DNA from: a virus
Virus record (IMG/VR): IMGVR_UViG_3300045988_079560
Strand: one strand, 5' to 3'
Length of the DNA: 64,000 bases
Shown here: piece by piece, positions 57,791 to 64,000 of the stretch
Position numbering within the stretch: the first letter of the stretch is position 1
Layout: each line of letters starts with the position of its first letter
The notes under the pieces: model-generated
Databases searched by the model: none
What the model saw: the letters and a program-made list of their open reading frames with translations, nothing else
Told to the model about the DNA's origin: nothing
Translations under genes and position numbers: made by a program

Positions 57791-57935
57791 TGAAAATTGT
57801 GGGTCATGCACATGGCATGAGAATTTCAACGGGACAACGGATTGGATATGCGCCAATGAGGAAAGTGATTGTTACGGAGCAGTTACATCATGGAATGATT
57901 GTTGCATAGACTACGAACCAAAACACAGAGAATAA
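57780..57935 (+). CDS. Cys-rich 51-aa microprotein (absent from ORF track)
   Basis: MGCSENCGSCTWHENFNGTTDWICANEESDCYGAVTSWNDCCIDYEPKHRE. Confidence 0.65.
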   Translation: MGCSENCGSCTWHENFNGTTDWICANEESDCYGAVTSWNDCCIDYEPKHRE

Positions 57936-57972
57936 CGAACTCAATTACATCATTTAACTTTCAATTATATCA

Positions 57973-58043
57973 TTTGAAAAGGAATGACTACGTTGAATAT
58001 CGGCTACACCGATATTTTAATGCGTTATCATTCCTTTTTTGTT
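57973..58043 (+). terminator. Terminator with nested hairpins
   Basis: AAAAGGAATGA...AATATCGG/CCGATATT...TCATTCCTTTTTT. Confidence 0.75.
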
Positions 58044-58090
58044 AAAATGATGGTGTCTTGGTATAGACGTTGGTGGATTATCCCTTTCTT

Positions 58091-58119
58091 GATATGGAGT
58101 AGTGAACGCTACTCCATAT
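58091..58119. other. 11-bp perfect hairpin
   Basis: ATATGGAGTAG-tgaacg-CTACTCCATAT. Confidence 0.6.
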
Positions 58120-58125
58120 TGGTAA

Positions 58126-58198
58126 GCCCGGATAGCTCAACTGGTAGAGCACTTGATTTGTAATCAAGAGGTTGTGGGTTCGATTCCCACTCTCGGCT
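58126..58198 (+). tRNA. tRNA-Thr(TGT)
   Basis: CTTGA-TTTGTAA-TCAAG; GTGGGTTCGATTCCCAC. Confidence 0.9.
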
Positions 58199-58269
58199 CT
58201 TGCCTCTTTCGAGAGGCCATGGGTTCCTCCATTATTGTAGGATAGGGCGGTGGCGAGCCGCCCAGTAAT

Positions 58270-58341
58270 GTGTGGTGGCGCAGTTCGGTAGCGCATCTGA
58301 CTTTTAATCAGACGGTCGTGGGTTCAAATCCCATCCACGCA
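58270..58341 (+). tRNA. tRNA-Lys(TTT)
   Basis: TCTGA-CTTTTAA-TCAGA; GTGGGTTCAAATCCCAT. Confidence 0.9.
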
Positions 58342-58371
58342 ACTATCCACATACAGAAAGGAGCAGCTATA

Positions 58372-58548
58372 TTGGAAACGGAAAACGTATACTGCCCTGT
58401 ATGTAAGGCGCGGGCAAACCGTGAAAAACTTCTTTTCAAGAAAGCACCCGGAGCATCCGGCACGATTTTTATAAACTGCCGTGGATGTAAGGAAGTAATA
58501 AAAATAGAATTAAGCAAAGAGCCTTTGAGCCGGTTAAGTCATAAGTAG
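58372..58548 (+). CDS. Mu Com-like zinc-finger protein (TTG start)
   Basis: VYCPVCKARANREKLLFKKAPGASGTIFINCRGCKEVIKIEL. Confidence 0.75.
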   Translation: METENVYCPVCKARANREKLLFKKAPGASGTIFINCRGCKEVIKIELSKEPLSRLSHK

Positions 58549-58590
58549 ACTTGATCGGTTCTTTTGTTTTATTCGGAAAGGGGAAACTTC

Positions 58591-60180
58591 ATGTACGCAA
58601 GCAACCGTCCAACTCTCGGTAGACGAATGTTAATGACTGATGAGAGGGAAATTACGAAAGACAATATCATATCGGTTGTATCTAAGGCGTTTATGGAACA
58701 CCAGGAGAATGTGGCACAGGAAGTTTTTCTTTTTGAGTACGAGAAAGGCAATCAGCCAATTCTTAACCGTGAAAAGAAAATCAGACCGGATCTCAATGCC
58801 ACAGTCGTAGAAAACAATGCTTCAAAGATTGTGGACGTGCATCTGGGATATTGTTTTTCCAACCCGATCACTTTCGTACAGAGAGCAAAGATAGAACCGA
58901 CAAAGAAACAGAAGAAAGCCTTATTCGGATTTTTGAGAAAAAAGGATGAGGACGATGGAGAGAATATTGACGATTTGAAGATCGCAATGCTCAATAAAAT
59001 GATGCAGGAGCAGAGCAAAGCGGCAAAAGACATTGCCCTTGGAAGAAACCTATTTATCTGTGGTGTCGGCTACCAGATGATGCTGCCGAACAGAAATAAG
59101 AGCAGATATTCTCCATTTGAACTATTGGTTCCAAGTCCACTTACAACCTTTGTGGTGTACTCAAATGACGCATATAGAGAACCGGTGCTAGGATGCACCT
59201 ATTCCGTACATGATGATGGAACAATTACTCTTACGGCATACTCAAAGAATTTCTGCTATACCATTGAGCATGAGTTGAACACGACAGACTATCATCTGAA
59301 AGAGAATATCGCACCAAACCCACTCCGAAGAATACCGGTCGTTGAATTTTATCTGAATGACCGCATGGGTATTTTTGAAAAGGTTATCCCACTGATGGAT
59401 GCAATGAATCTTGTGGATTCTGACCGTATCAATGATATTCTGCAACACGTTCAGAGTTTACTCTGGATGCACAACTGCCAGGTAAACGAAGAGGGCAAGA
59501 AAAACCTCGTAGACGGCGATGGAGTCATTATGACAAAGAGTACCGGGGACGGCAAGGAAGCAAAGATCACTTACCTCAATCAGACATTGAATGAGAGTGA
59601 GGTTCAGAAACTTGTGGATCATCTCAATTCTCAGTTGGAGCAGATTACCTCTACACCGTCATGGCAGGAGGCAAGTGGCGGTTCAACCACCGGTGCAATG
59701 CAGTTATCCAATGGATGGCAGTGTTTGGAGATTTCCGCTAAGACGGTTGAGCAGTTATTCACTGAGCCGGAAATGCAGCTCATTGATTTGGCAATCGAAA
59801 TCATTAAGACAGATCAGAGACCGTATGACGGCCTGAAAGATATAGAGACAGCAGATGTTGAAATCCGTTTCTGCCGTACAAAAACCTATGATTTGGTGTC
59901 TAAGACCAATTCACTCGTGGCATTGCTTAATGCCGGAGTAGACGGTCTTACATCATTCAACACTGTTGGATTGTTCACAGATCCACAACAGGCATGGGTT
60001 GACAGTAAGCCTATTATTGATGGCATACAGAAAAAACTTGCCTCCAAGGAGGAAAAGACACAGCAACCGAACCCTAACGCATACAAGGATGAAGAGGGGA
60101 ACGGTGGGGAGAACAACGCGGAAAAAGATAAGACAGAGGAATCTAAGCAGCCAAGTAAGACTGCAATGGTAGAAGAATAG
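58591..60180 (+). CDS. Phage portal protein
   Basis: 538 aa ORF upstream of head genes; GVGYQMMLPN, VDSDRINDILQHVQSLL, TSTPSWQEASGGSTTGAM. Confidence 0.9.
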   Translation: MYASNRPTLGRRMLMTDEREITKDNIISVVSKAFMEHQENVAQEVFLFEYEKGNQPILNREKKIRPDLNATVVENNASKIVDVHLGYCFSNPITFVQRAKIEPTKKQKKALFGFLRKKDEDDGENIDDLKIAMLNKMMQEQSKAAKDIALGRNLFICGVGYQMMLPNRNKSRYSPFELLVPSPLTTFVVYSNDAYREPVLGCTYSVHDDGTITLTAYSKNFCYTIEHELNTTDYHLKENIAPNPLRRIPVVEFYLNDRMGIFEKVIPLMDAMNLVDSDRINDILQHVQSLLWMHNCQVNEEGKKNLVDGDGVIMTKSTGDGKEAKITYLNQTLNESEVQKLVDHLNSQLEQITSTPSWQEASGGSTTGAMQLSNGWQCLEISAKTVEQLFTEPEMQLIDLAIEIIKTDQRPYDGLKDIETADVEIRFCRTKTYDLVSKTNSLVALLNAGVDGLTSFNTVGLFTDPQQAWVDSKPIIDGIQKKLASKEEKTQQPNPNAYKDEEGNGGENNAEKDKTEESKQPSKTAMVEE

Positions 60181-60192
60181 GCGGTGTGAACT

Positions 60193-60855
60193 ATGTATAA
60201 TCCGGTTGAATACTTTGACGAAATGAACATTCTCAAAGACGATAAGCTCCGCCGGAAGAAAACCGCCAAGGAGTTTATAAATGCACTTGTAGACTTTTTT
60301 GCAGCACAGTTCCTCAATCTTATTTCCGGCATTTTCCTTTACGAAAAGACGAGTGCTGATTACGAAAATGAACTCATGGATCTCTATTTTGCCATGATGC
60401 CGGAATATCAGTACGAAACAGAAGTAAGGGAAAAGGCATACAGATTTTCAAAGTATATTCAGGAAGCCACAGAGAGGGCAGTGGCAAATGCCAACGGCAA
60501 CGATGATTATAAAATGTCTCGCATGACCGGCGGCATGATGAAAGAAGAGGATGTTCCAAAAAGTGTAAAAAGGATGTTCTCGGAGGTTAGAGCCACGGAG
60601 ATCGCCCTGAATGAGACAAACTGGATATATAACTGGATAAATCATCAGAACCTCGTGGATAAGAAACAGACCACCCATACATGGGTAAGCATGAGGGATG
60701 AACGTGTCCGGGTTAGCCACTGGGAGGCGGACAGCCAAACAGTTCCTATTAACGAGCCTTTTATCATCAACGGGTACAAAATGATGTTCCCACTCGATGA
60801 TAGTATGGGCGCACCGATAGATGAAATTATCAACTGTCGGTGCGTGGAATTATAA
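60193..60855 (+). CDS. Mu gpF-like minor head protein (short)
   Basis: RVSHWEADSQTVPINEPFIINGYKMMFPLDDSMGAPIDEIINCRC. Confidence 0.8.
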   Translation: MYNPVEYFDEMNILKDDKLRRKKTAKEFINALVDFFAAQFLNLISGIFLYEKTSADYENELMDLYFAMMPEYQYETEVREKAYRFSKYIQEATERAVANANGNDDYKMSRMTGGMMKEEDVPKSVKRMFSEVRATEIALNETNWIYNWINHQNLVDKKQTTHTWVSMRDERVRVSHWEADSQTVPINEPFIINGYKMMFPLDDSMGAPIDEIINCRCVEL

Positions 60856-60874
60856 ATCAGGAGGTAGAAAACCA

Positions 60875-61069
60875 ATGGCAACTGCAAAACAGACAGCAGC
60901 AGACAAGAAAAAGATGGACGATAAGAAGAAAGCAGCTTCAAAGAAATCCGTTTCAAAGAAAGATACTGCCAAGAAAACTGCCAATAAGAAAGCGGCAGCA
61001 AAGAAGTCCACAGCAAAGAAAACTGCTACCAAGAAAACAACTGCCAAAAAGGCAGCAAAGAAAAACTAA
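60875..61069 (+). CDS. Histone H1-like Lys/Ala-rich protein
   Basis: KKTAKKTANKKAAAKKSTAKKTATKKTTAKKAAKKN. Confidence 0.8.
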   Translation: MATAKQTAADKKKMDDKKKAASKKSVSKKDTAKKTANKKAAAKKSTAKKTATKKTTAKKAAKKN

Positions 61070-61089
61070 CTGAATACAGTTAGAGCCTA

Positions 61090-61129
61090 TGAGCCGGATG
61101 TGATGGAAAATCGTGTCCGGCTCATTTTT
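61090..61129 (+). terminator. Terminator
   Basis: TGAGCCGGA...TCCGGCTCATTTTTT. Confidence 0.85.
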
Positions 61130-61274
61130 TCGGTTACAGAGGGAGTAATTCCTTTCAGATAACGGGTTAGAGAAAACCCTCATCAAACGCATACAACTAT
61201 TGTCTTGCAGAGACGCAAGTAAAAAAACGCAGAAATTCACACGGAGAGAACCGTTCAAACGCAGGAGGTCAATT

Positions 61275-61946
61275 ATGGCAGATGTAAACAGCACAACAAC
61301 TCAGAACCAGACACAGCAGCAGTCTCAGACAGCACCGCAGAATCAGCCCACTCAGGCATCCGGTACACAGCAGCAGCCTCAGACAGATAAGCATGAGGAA
61401 AACAACTCCGGCGGAGAAGTAACCGTTGAGAGCCTTATGGCGCAGCTTGCACAGGAGAAAGCGGCAAATGCGAAACTGAAATCCGATAACGACAAACTTT
61501 GTACATCCGAGGGAAATCTTCGCAAACAGCTTAGAGCTAAACAGACAGCCGAAGAGCAGGAGGCAGAGGCAAAAGCGGAACAGCAGGCTCAGAGAGATGC
61601 TTATGTCAAGGAACTGGAAAAATTCAAAGCGGTAGCGGAATCATCGGAGCGTTACTTAGGAATGGGTATGCCGGCTGAAATGGCAAAGGCTACGGCAACA
61701 GCAGAGTATGAGGGAAGCATGGATGTTGTTACCGGAAACATCACTAAGTTTATGGCGGAAAGAGACAAACAGAAAGAGTCGGAAATCCGCGCTCAGTATT
61801 TGGCTCAGATGCCTACGCCACAGTCTGGAAACGTAGGTCAGGTTGACTATTCAGCACAGATTAAACAGGCAATGGACGCAGGCGATTCACAGGCTGCGAT
61901 TCTTGCAATATTAAGTCAAAGTGCCGCTAACAATCAGCAGGCATAA
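61275..61946 (+). CDS. Scaffolding protein
   Basis: Gln-rich N-term, coiled coil, immediately upstream of capsid gene. Confidence 0.8.
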   Translation: MADVNSTTTQNQTQQQSQTAPQNQPTQASGTQQQPQTDKHEENNSGGEVTVESLMAQLAQEKAANAKLKSDNDKLCTSEGNLRKQLRAKQTAEEQEAEAKAEQQAQRDAYVKELEKFKAVAESSERYLGMGMPAEMAKATATAEYEGSMDVVTGNITKFMAERDKQKESEIRAQYLAQMPTPQSGNVGQVDYSAQIKQAMDAGDSQAAILAILSQSAANNQQA

Positions 61947-61967
61947 ATCTAAAGGAGGTAATGAATT

Positions 61968-62951
61968 ATGGCACAGGGCACAGCAACATCATTCGCTGTT
62001 CCTAATTTTAGCGGAATGTTATTTGCTAAAGGACAGACAGCAACACCGTTCTCTACTATGATTGGCGCAAGACCTCTTGTAACCAATCATGTAGAGTTTA
62101 CTTGCGGTCAGGAGTACAACACAGAAACAGGCGAACAGCCGGAGATTTCTGAAACAGCATCCCTTACTGCACCACAGCCGGAAATGGTAACTAGAAGCCA
62201 GCTTACCAATGTAACTCAGATCTTCCAGAAATCCGTAGCGATTTCTTACGGAAAGCAGAGTAACATGGGTACACTTCAGGGCATCAATGTGGCCGGTCAG
62301 CAGGCAAATCCTATGGACGAGCTTGCATTTCAGGTTTCTCGTAGAATGGCAAAGATCGCACAGGATATTGAGTACACATTCATCAACGGAAAGTACGCAA
62401 AGGCAACTACTGATGCAGAGGCCAATAAAACAAGAGGACTTCTGACAGCTATCACAACCAACGTACTTGATCTTGCTAAAAAGCCTCTCACATACTGGCT
62501 TGTAGCAGAGGGATTAAAGTCCATTCACGATCAGGGCGCAAAGACAGACAACATTGTTCTCGGAGTTGATGCAACTACAATGTTGCAGCTTAACCTTGAT
62601 GCGCAGCAGAACAACCTTACAATCGTTCCCCTTGGAAGAGAAGTGAACGGTATCAAATTACAGACAGTAGTTACCCCTCTTGGAGAAGTGGCAGTTGCTT
62701 TGTTTGATACTATGCCTACCGGTACAGCCGTTCTGTTCGATCCGTCCATCATGGCTCCGGTTCATCAGATGGTTCCTGGCAAGGGCAATTTCTTCCTGGA
62801 GCAGCTTGCAAAGACTGGCGCAGGAGAAACATATCAGATTTTCGGACAGATTGGTTTGGATCACGGTCCTGAGTGGATGAGTGCTAAGTTCACAAATATT
62901 TCCACAGATCTTCCGAGCAAACTGACAGCAACCACAAAACCGGGGGAATAA
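61968..62951 (+). CDS. Major capsid protein
   Basis: 327 aa; position after scaffold; N4-gp56-like look, unverified. Confidence 0.8.
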   Translation: MAQGTATSFAVPNFSGMLFAKGQTATPFSTMIGARPLVTNHVEFTCGQEYNTETGEQPEISETASLTAPQPEMVTRSQLTNVTQIFQKSVAISYGKQSNMGTLQGINVAGQQANPMDELAFQVSRRMAKIAQDIEYTFINGKYAKATTDAEANKTRGLLTAITTNVLDLAKKPLTYWLVAEGLKSIHDQGAKTDNIVLGVDATTMLQLNLDAQQNNLTIVPLGREVNGIKLQTVVTPLGEVAVALFDTMPTGTAVLFDPSIMAPVHQMVPGKGNFFLEQLAKTGAGETYQIFGQIGLDHGPEWMSAKFTNISTDLPSKLTATTKPGE

Positions 62952-63184
62952 CAGGTCATACCCTTGACGGTGGTTCCCGTATCGTAGCCGATTCTTCTGT
63001 TTCCACATCATCAGATGCGAGCACAGAAGAGACGGTTACTGATGTCACAAAGAAGTATACAGAGGAAGAACTTAATGCTCTGACAGTGGCACAGATTAAG
63101 GCTATCGCAACGGAACGTGGGTATGACATGAAAGAAACCGTAAAAGCAAAGCTGATCGCAGAGTTTTTAACTCAGCAAGGGTAA
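62945..63184 (+). CDS. Start-less -1-frame C-terminal extension of the capsid protein (HeH/LEM-like domain)
   Basis: ...G-I-T-GHTLDGGSRIVADSSVSTSSDASTEETVTDVTKKYTEEELNALTVAQIKAIATERGYDMKETVKAKLIAEFLTQQG*; no early start codon or RBS. Confidence 0.65.
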   Translation, partial: GITGHTLDGGSRIVADSSVSTSSDASTEETVTDVTKKYTEEELNALTVAQIKAIATERGYDMKETVKAKLIAEFLTQQG

Positions 63185-63201
63185 GAAAGTGAGGACGGAT
63201 T

Positions 63202-63567
63202 ATGGACGCTAAATTGTTGAAAGTCATTTTAGATGATGAAACTCTCACTGACGAACAGATTGCCGTCCTCCTTGTGAAAGCTCAGAAACAGGCTGCAAAT
63301 CAACACTTTTGGGCGGATGATGATATTCCGACAGAGGCAGAGTTGGAGAGGTTTTATAACCGGTATGAGTTTGAAATCTATGATTTGGCGAAAGCCATAA
63401 ACTCTGACGATGCGAGGGGCGGACTTGTATCTCACACAGAACTTGGAGTTACCCGGAACTGGGGACAGACAGGCAAGAGAGATATTGAGTTGGCCTTGGC
63501 GAAGATCCCACCCAAAACCTATGTCGGTCTGTTAAGGAGGGATGGCAATGCCGAAGCTGAGACTTAA
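63202..63567 (+). CDS. Head-tail connector (gp6-like)
   Basis: LLKVILDDETLTDEQIAVLLVKAQKQAANQ... Confidence 0.7.
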   Translation: MDAKLLKVILDDETLTDEQIAVLLVKAQKQAANQHFWADDDIPTEAELERFYNRYEFEIYDLAKAINSDDARGGLVSHTELGVTRNWGQTGKRDIELALAKIPPKTYVGLLRRDGNAEAET

Positions 63568-63973
63568 AGACCTCAGATTGAACCAAGTCCCTTTTTATTA
63601 CCAGGCCTATGACGGAACGGTGGATGAAGTGGACGAGGATGGCAACCTTACCGGGGAGAGCATACCGAAGTATTCAAATCCGGTTCGTGTGCTTGCGAGA
63701 GTAAGTCCGAACTCAGGAAATGCCGAGGACTCCCCATTTGGTAAAGATATTGTCTACGACAAGACCATATCAACCGTACAGAAATTACCGATTGATGAAT
63801 ACTCAAAACTCTTCATAGATGTGGTTCCTATTCTCAACGAGGACGGTTCCACAGATACAGAACCGGATTATATATGTGTCTGCCCGAAACATGATTTGCA
63901 ACAGAATCTATGGGCGATACGGAAGATTAAGGGGAATATCCATGCAGGACAAAATAACGATCAATCCCTTTGA
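63542..63973 (+). CDS. Head-closure-like protein
   Basis: 143 aa ORF in morphogenesis order. Confidence 0.6.
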   Translation: MAMPKLRLKDLRLNQVPFYYQAYDGTVDEVDEDGNLTGESIPKYSNPVRVLARVSPNSGNAEDSPFGKDIVYDKTISTVQKLPIDEYSKLFIDVVPILNEDGSTDTEPDYICVCPKHDLQQNLWAIRKIKGNIHAGQNNDQSL

Positions 63974-64000
63974 CCCGGACAGCATAGATGAGGCTATTAA
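63943..64000 (+). CDS. Partial CDS running off the window (MQDKITINPFDPDSIDEAI...)
   Basis: ATG with overlap to preceding gene. Confidence 0.45.

Noticed and set aside
58078-58296. Minus-strand ORF 72 aa (ESGNRTHNLLITNQVLYQLSYPG)
   Set aside because: This is the familiar artefact of translating across a tRNA gene; it overlaps tRNA-Thr.
60850-61047. Minus-strand hydrophobic ORF opposite the H1-like gene
   Set aside because: Antisense of AAG/GCA-rich codons gives artificial Phe/Leu/Ala-rich sequence.
1-64000. CRISPR array
   Set aside because: No set of equal-length direct repeats with regular unique spacers was seen.
1-64000. Stop-codon recoding of the phage
   Set aside because: TAA, TAG and TGA all terminate conserved ORFs normally; only one suspicious in-frame TAG (36471) was noted.

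Overview
The window reads as a temperate Firmicutes-type (Clostridia-like) siphophage or prophage. Order: a leftward integrase and CI-like repressor, then rightward Cro, Csp, an AAA ATPase, RecT, a YqaJ-like nuclease, RusA, replication genes, three methyltransferase loci and many small ORFs. A leftward block (24.6-33 kb) follows, encoding a lipoprotein, an RtcB RNA ligase, a tyrosine recombinase and an FtsK-like ATPase. Then come small terminase, accessory genes, large terminase (43.5-45.2 kb), a 13-kb island, and portal, head protein, scaffold and major capsid (58.6 kb to the end). The most interesting part is the island between large terminase and portal. It holds about nine conventional tRNAs (two more lie just before the portal) and about 0.7 kb of highly structured non-coding RNA. 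It also holds several aberrant tRNA-like genes: canonical acceptor, D and T arms, but a 45-56 nt insert in the anticodon arm that carries a shared hairpin (NNNUCA-UGUUNG-UGGNNN) followed by an ACAGCAAUC-like box. The same box recurs in 7-bp minihelices between tRNAs and just upstream of a Ro60/TROVE-like gene. Together with the phage-encoded RtcB ligase, this suggests a phage Ro/Y-RNA/RtcB-like RNA processing, repair or tRNA-splicing system (inference). Other notable items: eleven strand-biased G7-G9 tracts, mostly in methyltransferase genes; a cytosine methyltransferase gene broken into pieces, with 8 nt inserted exactly inside its catalytic Pro-Cys motif; a probable -1 frameshift extension of the major capsid protein; a TerY-P-like vWA/PP2C/kinase triad; a Tad2-like anti-Thoeris candidate; and a dispersed TGTTTAGTC operator. 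All calls come from reading the sequence and supplied ORFs; no searches or folding programs were run.
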